Shown piece by piece: positions 1-8,700 of a stretch of DNA of 64,000 nucleotides (positions within the stretch are counted from its first letter, which is position 1; each line of letters begins with the position of its first letter). The position numbers and the translations under genes are program-made. Origin of the DNA: an uncultured bacterium (lineage in GTDB: Bacteria; Verrucomicrobiota; Verrucomicrobiia; Verrucomicrobiales; V1-33); the NCBI GenBank assembly GCA_903954065.1, contig CAJBME010000310.1, positions 8,854 through 72,853 of the forward strand. Direction: 5' to 3'. The notes under the pieces are model-generated. The model had not been told where the DNA came from. It worked only from the letters and a program-made list of their open reading frames with translations, and searched no databases.

Positions 1-516
1 CAAGCCGGCAAAGCCGAAGGCATCGACAAAGCCAAAGCCCTGAAAGCCGCTCTCGAAACACTGCCTGATGAAATCGGATCGCTCGCCGCCTACGCCAGCG
101 TGCTCGACGAAATCAAGTCGCTCGACAAAGATGACACCCTGGGCCTCGCCAAAGCGGCCGCCATCAAAAAAACCATCACCGATCTGGAAGCAGAATTGAT
201 CAGCCTCGCTCGCGGTGGCAAAATCGCCGAAATCGCGCCCCGCGTGGACGCGTTCCTCGGGAAAAGCGATCTCGCCGGAGAAGATCGCCAAAAAGTGCTG
301 TTCATGAAACTCATGGGCGTAGACCGCTCGAATTTGGACGTCGCGGAAACCTATCTCGACGCCATCATCGCGATCGATGCCACCACGCAGGCCGGCCAGC
401 AAGCGGCCTCGATCAAAGAACGCATTGCCGCCGCCAAGGCCGCTGAAAGCGCCACACCGAAAGAAACCGACGAAGCGCCGAAGAAGAAAGAATCAGGCGA
501 ACAGTCGGCTGAATAA
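1..516 (+). CDS. hypothetical protein, C-terminal fragment (ORF open at the left window edge)
   Basis: Frame 1 is open from nt 1 (QAGKAEGIDKAKALKAALE...) to the stop at 514-516. Track ORF 100..516 is only its GTG-initiated part. Ala/Lys/Glu-rich helical sequence with a charged low-complexity end (PKETDEAPKKKESGEQSAE). Hairpin follows at 531-557. Confidence 0.5.
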   Translation, partial: QAGKAEGIDKAKALKAALETLPDEIGSLAAYASVLDEIKSLDKDDTLGLAKAAAIKKTITDLEAELISLARGGKIAEIAPRVDAFLGKSDLAGEDRQKVLFMKLMGVDRSNLDVAETYLDAIIAIDATTQAGQQAASIKERIAAAKAAESATPKETDEAPKKKESGEQSAE

Positions 517-530
517 GTCGACTTGGTCCG

Positions 531-557
531 CGCTCCCCTGATGGAATCAGGGGAGCG
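531..557. terminator. GC-rich hairpin between convergent genes (possible bidirectional terminator)
   Basis: cgctcccctgat-gga-atcaggggagcg: perfect 12-bp stem with a 3-nt loop. It lies 15 nt after the + strand stop and 15 nt after the - strand stop. No T-run on either side. Confidence 0.45.
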
Positions 558-571
558 GCATGGATGCGGAA

Positions 572-2326
572 TTATTTCACGATGCGGTAGTAGACGTTGG
601 CATCCGCAGCAGGTTTAGCTGTCGTGAAGGTGACAGTGCCGTCAGCCACAACGGGTACATCCGTCAAGGTAGTCCAGGACACCAGATTCGTGCTGCGGGC
701 CAGTTGGTAGGTGGCGGCGGCGTTGTTTGGCTTGAAGACGATGATGAGGTTGTTGCCACTGGTGGTGATGGAACTGATGGCATCGGTATCAGTTGGAGCG
801 ACCAATAAGGTCTGAAGTAGTTCATAGGATTCGGCAGACTCCGGCGGGGCTGTTTCGCTGACCCCCATGTGGATATAGACCGTGCAACCGGCCCCAGCGG
901 AACGTTCCCAGTGGATGAAATCCACGTCATGGAGACCTGCTATCAAGTCCACTGACATGACGGTATTTCCACGACCGCCATTTCCACGGCTGCCAATTTC
1001 CACGTCGTCAATCTTCAGGACAAAGCCGTCGTCACTGTTGCAGATGAACCAGCATTTACCAGCCTTGGTAGTGGAGATCCTGCCACGGCAGCGGATGGCG
1101 AAGTCATTGCGATCCCCTTGTCCGGTGCCACCGGCTCCAGGACTGGTATTGAGGGCCTCATCCCACAGCGGGTAGGGGCTGGAAAAGGCTTCATGGTAGG
1201 GTGCCCCGGCGTTGTCATTGAAATGGATGTATCGTGTCTGGACGGTGATCTGGTCTACGGCTGGGATCCCGGAGGGGTCTTCCAGCGCTGCCAAGACACC
1301 ATCCGCATCGTTCATCTGGGGATTTCCATTGGGCCAGATGTGCTGGGTGGTGAAGGTGCCCCCGCCCACAATGATGGAAACGAATGGCACCCGCACGGTG
1401 CGGGTTCCGGTAACGGCCAGGTTCGTCGTCGTCGTAACCGTGGGCTGGATGCTTAACAGAGCCCCAGCATCAAAGGGCGCGGGATTGGTATAGCTCAGTG
1501 TCGTGATGGCACCTGTCTTAGAAATGACGGTAGGGGTGACGGCCACATTGTCGATGAGCATCGACCGCGTTTTGGCCACGTCCACGAAGCTGGTAGCAGT
1601 ATCGGTGAATGTAACGGAGATGGTATTGCCGGAAAGAGTCGCCGGGCCTGCCTCTATGCCCGTGAATGCCCCGGGCACTACGTCGAGTCCCATTCTGGTG
1701 AATTCGGCCTCCTGCCTGCTCCCCGCCCTGATCCGGACAGTGAACACGTCGCCAGCCACACCGGAGAGTTCGAACACGGCCCATTTGCCAAGGGTGCCAC
1801 CCGTCTCGTTGACAAGCAAAATCTCGCCACTGTCGGCCCCTCCCGCACCGGTGATTTGGAAGCCGGTCGAATTATAGTTCGCATTGTCATTACGCACATC
1901 GTAAAGCATTGAAATGCGGAAGGTCTGGTCTGCGGTCAGCGTGATCGTTGCCGCATCGTGCCAGGTAAGGTTACCGACAGGCCAGAGGTAACGGGTTTGG
2001 GCGTTCTCGTCAGCGATCTCTGGCCCAATGGCAGAGAAAATGTCATCCACAGCAATGTAGGCCGCGTTGGGGGCGTCCTGTTCGCCGCCGACAAAATCCA
2101 GCGCCGCCCAGGAAGGATCTAAAAAAGTGCTGGTCTTCATGTATCCAGCAGTGCCGTAGGCATTATCGCCGTCGAGATCCAGTGGTTTGGCCACGTCGGT
2201 TGACCGCCAGGCGCCTTGGGTTGTTTCATCGTGGGCGATGAATGTGGCTGTCGCCGCGAAGGCGGCGGGAGCTCTGCCCAGACCGAAGAGAAGGCCCGCG
2301 GTGAGAATCAATTTTGTAAATTGCAT
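572..2326 (-). CDS. secreted PA14-like domain protein with shared C-terminal tail
   Basis: Track ORF is 572..2383. I prefer the ATG at 2326, which gives MQFTKLILTAGLLFGLGRAPAAFAATA (signal peptide). PA14-like stretch DFAIRCRGRISTTKAGKCWFICNSDDGFVLKIDDVEI. Ends ...TYQLARSTNLVSWTTL...VYYRIVK. Confidence 0.85.
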   Translation of the reverse strand: MQFTKLILTAGLLFGLGRAPAAFAATATFIAHDETTQGAWRSTDVAKPLDLDGDNAYGTAGYMKTSTFLDPSWAALDFVGGEQDAPNAAYIAVDDIFSAIGPEIADENAQTRYLWPVGNLTWHDAATITLTADQTFRISMLYDVRNDNANYNSTGFQITGAGGADSGEILLVNETGGTLGKWAVFELSGVAGDVFTVRIRAGSRQEAEFTRMGLDVVPGAFTGIEAGPATLSGNTISVTFTDTATSFVDVAKTRSMLIDNVAVTPTVISKTGAITTLSYTNPAPFDAGALLSIQPTVTTTTNLAVTGTRTVRVPFVSIIVGGGTFTTQHIWPNGNPQMNDADGVLAALEDPSGIPAVDQITVQTRYIHFNDNAGAPYHEAFSSPYPLWDEALNTSPGAGGTGQGDRNDFAIRCRGRISTTKAGKCWFICNSDDGFVLKIDDVEIGSRGNGGRGNTVMSVDLIAGLHDVDFIHWERSAGAGCTVYIHMGVSETAPPESAESYELLQTLLVAPTDTDAISSITTSGNNLIIVFKPNNAAATYQLARSTNLVSWTTLTDVPVVADGTVTFTTAKPAADANVYYRIVK

Positions 2327-2356
2327 AGGTCCAAGGGGAAAGGAAGCTAGGGTTTC

Positions 2357-2383
2357 ATTAAAATTTAAAAAAATCCACGTCAA
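2357..2383 (-). promoter_or_regulatory. candidate sigma70-like promoter for the PA14-like gene
   Basis: On the minus strand: TTGACG (2383-2378), 15 nt spacer, TTTAAT (2362-2357), inside an AT-rich patch about 30 nt upstream of the ATG at 2326. The spacer is short and PVC promoter rules are poorly known. Confidence 0.3.
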
Positions 2384-2584
2384 TATTTATTTACCTGATG
2401 GGATTTGGAGGTGAAAAAGGGACCCCCCAACGGAGAGCAGACATTCCTGTCCGCCTTTCCCTCCAAGAAGCGGGTTGGAAAACCCTCTCTCCGTTGCTTG
2501 GAGGCAGCGGACTAGAAAGCGGATGAGGGCCAGCCGTCGAAGAGTCCAGACGGTAGCCAGACCGTCGCGGTCTGGATTATTTGC

Positions 2585-2607
2585 AAAACCAGAGCGAGAC
2601 GCTCTGG
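2585..2607 (-). terminator. rho-independent terminator downstream of the DsbD_N-like gene
   Basis: Minus strand reads ccagagcg-tct-cgctctgg followed by tttt, about 28 nt after the stop at 2635. A second near-identical hairpin lies at 2557-2575. Confidence 0.55.
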
Positions 2608-2634
2608 CTACCTCCCGGTCAAAGCAAATTCCTT

Positions 2635-3540
2635 TCATCCAGGCGGCACGGCCGTCGGCGCCACCACCAGTGGGGCGCGCACTTGCAGCAGGCGTGACGT
2701 CCCTAAGCCACCCCATCCACTGGCGGACCACAATTCGCCGGCCAGCGTGCTGGGAGTGATATCCGGTTGCTCGACCAGTGCCAGATCGAGGCGCACCTCT
2801 CCGCTGGGCAGGTCATGGCGGACCGGATCCACATTTGAATCGACGAGCCGTTGGTGGGTGTAGAGGTAGGCATCGGCGGGCACGGTGCGACCGGGAGGCG
2901 GGGTGATGGTGACGGAGAAGCCGCCGGTCGGTCCGTGCTGGACGGCTGAAAACTTCCAAGCGTCATCCACGATGGCTTGTTCTTGAATGGTTTGTTTAAT
3001 GAGTGCCGTGGCGCCGGAGGCGGGGGCGACCTGACTAGCGGCCTCTTGCACGGGCAGGGTGAGCGTGAGTTCGGCGGTTCCCGGGTGGCAGGTGCGGCTG
3101 CACGCCATCCACGTGACCTTCGCCTTGAGGGTGACGGAGGGCACGGTGGCGGGGTCGAGGGTGGTCGGCACGGTGACTGGGGTGACCAAGCAGACGTCGC
3201 GTTTAAGGCACCAGACGCCGTAAGCGGCCATCATCCCGCGCTGCGGTTCGGGCCAGAGCATTTCCCCGGCAGAAATTCCTGCGGGCCATGACCATTCCAC
3301 GCTGGGCGTGAGTCCGACGAGTCCCGGTTGTCGCCAGTAGGTATGAAATCCCGCGGCCGGGCGGAGGACTAGGCCGACGGCGAGTGGGCGTCCCGGCACG
3401 ACGGCGTCGGCGTCGGCGACTAGTTCCAACGTCAGTCCGGTGGCGGCATGAACCTGCGCAGGAGCCACCTCCGCTGAGGTCCCGGCGAGCGCCCGCCCGC
3501 TGGCGAGCGCCCCGATGATCAGACAAGTCAGAACATTCAT
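2635..3540 (-). CDS. periplasmic DsbD N-terminal-like (thiol:disulfide interchange) domain protein
   Basis: Signal peptide MNVLTCLIIGALASGRALAG. Has HTYWRQPG...P.VEWSWP and WMACSRTCHP, as in the DsbD/ScsB N-terminal domain family. The start ATG overlaps the pcp stop (ATGA at 3537-3540). Confidence 0.75.
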   Translation of the reverse strand: MNVLTCLIIGALASGRALAGTSAEVAPAQVHAATGLTLELVADADAVVPGRPLAVGLVLRPAAGFHTYWRQPGLVGLTPSVEWSWPAGISAGEMLWPEPQRGMMAAYGVWCLKRDVCLVTPVTVPTTLDPATVPSVTLKAKVTWMACSRTCHPGTAELTLTLPVQEAASQVAPASGATALIKQTIQEQAIVDDAWKFSAVQHGPTGGFSVTITPPPGRTVPADAYLYTHQRLVDSNVDPVRHDLPSGEVRLDLALVEQPDITPSTLAGELWSASGWGGLGTSRLLQVRAPLVVAPTAVPPG

Positions 3541-4136
3541 GCCATCAGTGTGACCTGCCGTTCCATGAACCGCAACCCGGCCCGCACGGCGGCTTCCGCC
3601 GCCTCCAGACTCAGACCCGGGCCTCCGCCCAGCCGCGCCGCCTCATCAGGCAGCCGTGGTAGGTGCACAAAAACAGCACGGCCATTGATATTATGCAACA
3701 GCATGAAATAAAAGTGATTGCATACATATCGACCCGCGTCACGGCTGACGCGCGGCCCCGGACCAGTCCGGCGCATGGCCCGCGCCATGCCCGCCGCCGA
3801 AAACCCAGTGACCGCCAGACGCTCGGCGCGCTGCGCATCCAGCGGGCCGTGCAGCACCCGGCCCGCATCATCTGCGATTGGATAAGCCGCTTCGTTGACG
3901 GCTTGTTTTTCCACGCAGACGTGGGCCCGGCCGCCCGCCACCCCAAGGGCCAGCACGGCTCGCGCCCGGCGCCGCTTCATTTCCTCACGCGTCATGATCC
4001 ACGCTTCTTCAGCCGCTACCGGCAAAACCACCCCGCCTAAACGCGCCGCAATCAATCCCGAGGGATTGACTCGCTCCGAACCAAACGACCCAAATCCAGT
4101 CACCAAGACCCGGCCAGATGAAACCGTGGAAATCAT
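3537..4136 (-). CDS. pcp: pyroglutamyl-peptidase I (peptidase C15)
   Basis: VLVTGFGSFG..VNPSG, Cys nucleophile context GRYVCNHFYF, and His in VFVHLP. Start chosen at MISTVSSGRVLVTGFG (4136). The longest ORF start is 4214. Confidence 0.85.
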   Translation of the reverse strand: MISTVSSGRVLVTGFGSFGSERVNPSGLIAARLGGVVLPVAAEEAWIMTREEMKRRRARAVLALGVAGGRAHVCVEKQAVNEAAYPIADDAGRVLHGPLDAQRAERLAVTGFSAAGMARAMRRTGPGPRVSRDAGRYVCNHFYFMLLHNINGRAVFVHLPRLPDEAARLGGGPGLSLEAAEAAVRAGLRFMERQVTLMA

Positions 4137-4229
4137 GATGTCCTCAACTGAAAAATCACAGGGAAAAACCGCATCAGCTAAACGCTCCAAACCGAACGCC
4201 GCCGAACGCCGCATCCGGCCCGGCCACGA

Positions 4230-5588
4230 CTAAAATTCACAGTGTCCTGGTGTGCGCGCAAAAGGAATGACATCACGAATATTGGGCACGCCCGTGACAA
4301 ACATCAGCATGCGCTCGAAACCAAGGCCGTACCCGGCATGGGGCACACTTCCGTAGCGTCGCAGATCCACATACCATCCATACGCCTCTTCACTCAATCC
4401 ATGCTGCGCCATGTTGGCCTGCAATTGGTCAAGACGTTCCTCGCGCTGGCTGCCACCCACAATTTCACCGATGCCAGGCACGAGCAAATCCATGGCGGCC
4501 ACGGTCTGGCCGTCGTCATTCAATCGCATGTAGAATGGCTTGATGTCTTTTGGGTAATTAAACACAGTGACCGGACACCGGCAATGTTCTTCCGTGAGCC
4601 AGCGTTCGTGTTCACTTTGCAGGTTCTGACCGTAGGCTACCGGATATTCAAATGACTTACCGCTTCGCTGTAGAATGGCCACGGCTTCGGTGTAGGAGAG
4701 CCTCTCGAAGGGGCGATTGACCACAAACTCAAGCCGCTCACGCAGGCCTTTATCCACGAATTTCCCCAGGAATTCCACTTCCTCCGGCGATTCATCGAGC
4801 ATCGATTGGGCAAGGTATTTCACCTGAGCTTCAGCCATGTCCATGTCCTGAGCGAGATCGCAAAACGCCATCTCCGGTTCGATCATCCAAAACTCTGCGG
4901 CATGCCGCGTGGTATTCGAGTTCTCAGCACGGAACGTCGGCCCAAATGTATAGATTTTCCCCAACGCCGTGGCCATGGTCTCGCCTTCCAACTGGCCGCT
5001 GACCGTCAAAAACGCCTGTTTGGCAAAAAAATCCTTCGTAAAATCATCCGCGCCCGGAGCCAACGTCGTCACCCGAAACATCTCCCCCGCCCCTTCACAA
5101 TCGCTCGCCGTGATGATCGGAGTATGCACATAAAAGAACCCGCGCTCTTGGAAAAACCGGTGCACCGCATAAGCCAACCGCGACCGCACCCGGAAAACCG
5201 ACCCATACAACGAGGTGCGCGGTCGCAAATGAGCAATCGTCCGCAAAAACTCAGGCGAATGGCCCTTTTTTTGCAGCGGAAACGATTCGTCCGCCCCGCC
5301 CAATAACGTCACCGCGGTCGCCTGCACTTCCCATTTCTGCGCCCCACCACGGGAGGCGACCAGCCGACCGTCAATCCGTACCGCCGCCCCAGTCGTGCAT
5401 TGCGCTATGTGCTCGTATCCAGGAATCCCTTCATCGACAATACACTGCAGGTTTTTGAGACATGAGCCGTCGTTCAGTTCCAAAAACGAAAACGCCTTGG
5501 AATCACGCCGCGTCCTCACCCATCCCTGAGCAACGACCCCATCGCGCACCGCCTCGCTGGCGAGCAGTTCTTTGATTGTGGCTGACAT
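4230..5588 (-). CDS. asnS: asparagine--tRNA ligase
   Basis: Class II aaRS motifs [32 protein letters not shown] and [14 protein letters not shown]-terminal OB-fold region. 452 aa. Confidence 0.95.
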   Translation of the reverse strand: MSATIKELLASEAVRDGVVAQGWVRTRRDSKAFSFLELNDGSCLKNLQCIVDEGIPGYEHIAQCTTGAAVRIDGRLVASRGGAQKWEVQATAVTLLGGADESFPLQKKGHSPEFLRTIAHLRPRTSLYGSVFRVRSRLAYAVHRFFQERGFFYVHTPIITASDCEGAGEMFRVTTLAPGADDFTKDFFAKQAFLTVSGQLEGETMATALGKIYTFGPTFRAENSNTTRHAAEFWMIEPEMAFCDLAQDMDMAEAQVKYLAQSMLDESPEEVEFLGKFVDKGLRERLEFVVNRPFERLSYTEAVAILQRSGKSFEYPVAYGQNLQSEHERWLTEEHCRCPVTVFNYPKDIKPFYMRLNDDGQTVAAMDLLVPGIGEIVGGSQREERLDQLQANMAQHGLSEEAYGWYVDLRRYGSVPHAGYGLGFERMLMFVTGVPNIRDVIPFARTPGHCEF

Positions 5589-5701
5589 CGTCCATCGTTG
5601 CCCGCGAATCTCCTCAAGGTCAACTCGTTCACAACACGTCCATCGTCATTTCCAGCGTGAGTCTCCGACCGCATCCTCAACTCCCGCATCATCGCAGCCC
5701 A

Positions 5702-5744
5702 CCTCCGCACATACGAAGGCTGGGGCGGCCGCGGCCTGCGGAGG
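5702..5744 (-). terminator. stem-loop just after the giant gene stop
   Basis: cctccgca (5702-5709) pairs with tgcggagg (5737-5744). The loop contains the palindrome ggccgcggcc. It lies 5 nt from the stop at 5750. No T-run. Confidence 0.35.
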
Positions 5745-5749
5745 GTTGT

Positions 5750-8700
5750 TTATTCTGCGAGCGAGAAGCTGAGGCGGTAGTAGGTCGGCAAGGCAGCAGG
5801 CACAGCGAACGTGAACCCGCCTGCTGGGTGGGCGACTGGAATAGTCTGGTTTGGCGATGTCCACGGGCCGTTGGGGGTCTTGGTGGCCACGGTCGTCCAA
5901 CTGTCGTCGACCAGGGACGTGGTTGACTCAAGTTGTGCGATCACGGGTCGTTCCCAGGATGCGGGAAGGTGGAGGCGAAGCGACAGCGGTTCGGACGGCT
6001 CGGCCACGAGCGGAGCCACAGCGGGGATCGGGGCGACTGATGGGTCGCTATTCAACAGGAATTCAAGAAGGCTGGGCAAGCCGTCGCGATCGGGATCCTG
6101 GTCGGGGCCGTCCTCGTCCGGCGGGACGCGGCCAGCCATCCATGCGTTGAAGGCATCGAGAGCGGGCGAACCGACCCGCAGTTCATATTCGCCCGATCCT
6201 GCGGCTTCGTTTTGGACCCGGACGGTCCACGGAAGCGTCTCCTCTGGAGTCGCGGGAATACCAGGGACAGCGAACTGCAGCACGGCATTGCGACCGTCTG
6301 CGGCGCCGGCAGCCGCCGTGGCCACGATCCGGCCATTCTCATCGACCAGCGCCAGGGCTGGATTGACGTCGTGCGACAGTCGACCGGGAGGAAGCGGGGT
6401 GCGCGTGGCCAGTCGCACCGTCTCGCCGCGCTGGACGGGCAGCGACCATGTGTCAGTGCCGGAAGCGAGCGGAATGCCGGGCGGAGTGCCGAAGGTCAGA
6501 GAATCGATCAACACGCCTCCTGACGGACTGACAGCCCAAAATTCGAACTGTACGCCCTCCGGACCGACCTGACCGCGCAGCGCGCCGCGGCTGGCATTGT
6601 AGCGGAATAGTGACTGGGGCACCGGGCGGTCTGCGAGTTGGTAGATGGAGCTTCCCCCGAGGCCGACGACAAATTGGGTCACGCCATAACCCATATCCAG
6701 ACGCTCATAAATGTGATCATGGCCGGTGATGACGGCGGTCAGGCCTTTGAGGTCAGCGCCCCACTGGAGCAGCAACTGACTGCCATGAACTCCGCCGGAG
6801 GAATAAGGAGGGTGGTGCCAGACGCCGAATTTCCACCGCGCCCCGGACGCCGCAATCTGCTCGCGCAGCCACTGCCGCTGAGTATCGCGCGCCGCGGTAT
6901 TCACCATGGCATTGTCTGAATCGAGGAAAAAGAAGTCCGCCGCGCCCCACGACATCTTGTAATAACTCAGACGCGGGCGATGGACGCCTTCGGGAATCCG
7001 GGGTTCCCCGCCAGGGTTCGAGTGGAAATAATCGAGATACGACGACAATTCACCGCCGTTGGATGAATCTGGACCGCTGTCGTGGTTGCCGGGGACCGGA
7101 AAAAACCGTTGGGTCAAGCTGGTCTGTTCCGGGTACCGGTTGTCGACGCGCCGCTTGATGAACTCGCCGTAGAAGGCGCCTACATTTCGTCCCCACGTGG
7201 CCTCGCCGACAGCATACCCCAGCGTGTAATTGTGATCGCCGGCCGCGACGAGAAAATCTGGCTGCCATGATTTGACTAAGGTAGCCACGGCGGCTTGATC
7301 AGGTGTTCCTGATCCATAGTCGGCGAAGGCGGCGAAGCTGAAGCTACCCCCGGGCGGAACGGCAGTAGCGGCGCTGGCCCCATCCAGGCTGCCCGTGGCC
7401 GCGCGGGTGACGAGTGGCGGCGCCCCGGGCAGCGCCTGATAGGTATGATTCTCAGGATAAAGCTCTAGCGAGTAGGTGGAAGAACGAATACCTTGCACTA
7501 CCACGCGGCAAGTGCCGGCCGCGGGCATCGTGTACTGCAGAGAGGCTGACAGCGGATCGGCAGGATGAACCGCACTCTGGGCCAGCACCTCACCCGCCGG
7601 GGTGGTCAGGGTGAATTTCTGAGCCGGATTGGATTGGAGAAGCAGGCGGACGGTTTCGCCGGCAGCCGCAGTGAAGGAGTAGTAGTGAGGAGTCGCGGAC
7701 GCGGCCACAGTGCTGGTATAAACGGCTGCGCGCAGAAGTCCGTTGGCTCGAGCGGCATCGAGGGAATACGGCAAGGCCGGATTGGTCGGCTGCCCGGACA
7801 CCCCGCCATTGACCAGCACGGAAACGCGGGAACGCCCGAGAGTCCCCCGGTCGCCAATCAGCAGCTTGTAGGTACCATCCTCGAGAATGGGCAGATGCTC
7901 AAGCGAGTTGCCCGAGCGCACTCCCCCAGTGAGCGCCCTACCAGCCGCATTCACCACCTCGATTTTGCCGATCGGCACATCGCCCGTAATGCCCACCAGA
8001 ATCGAAAGCGTCTGCCCTGCCCGCAGGGCCAGCAGGTGATCAATCGTTCCAGTGGCCGGGATGGATACCGAGTTCGCGATGGCGGCAAACAACTGACTGC
8101 CTTGCGGCCCGACGCGCTGGAGCGGTCCGATGTCCAAGTCGTCGCGCACCTGAATGCGCACGGGCGCAGGCTCTGACCATCCGTCTTTATCCCGCACCTG
8201 ATAACTAAATCCAGCCAGGCCCGCGAAATCAGGATCTGGAGTGAATTTATAGCGACCGTCCATGCGTTCCATGTCCGTGACCACGCCGTTCTTCACATCG
8301 ACGGCCCGGACCTCAAGAATTGGGTCAAACGCGACACCCGCGGAGTCAAACAATCCATCGTTGGCTAAAAGCGAGGGTGACGTCGGCTGTAATTGATCCC
8401 GAACAGTGTCTTCGGTTAGAATAAAGTCACCGTCCGCCTGAAGCACCGGCGGGATACGTGCGTCTGCCACCTCGATCACGACCGTGCCTATCAGCGGCGG
8501 GACATTGGGCAATTCATACTCGTCTCGGTACTGGAACGTATCGCGCCCGAAAAAGTTGGGCAATGGGGTGTAGATGAAATCGCCGGTTGGACCGAGATTG
8601 AGTCCGCCTTTGGTGGGGGCGAGATGACGTTTGACGAGCCCCATGCCCTCGTCATTTCTGACGACGTTGACCCCGGTCAACAGCTGCCCTTGGGTAATGG

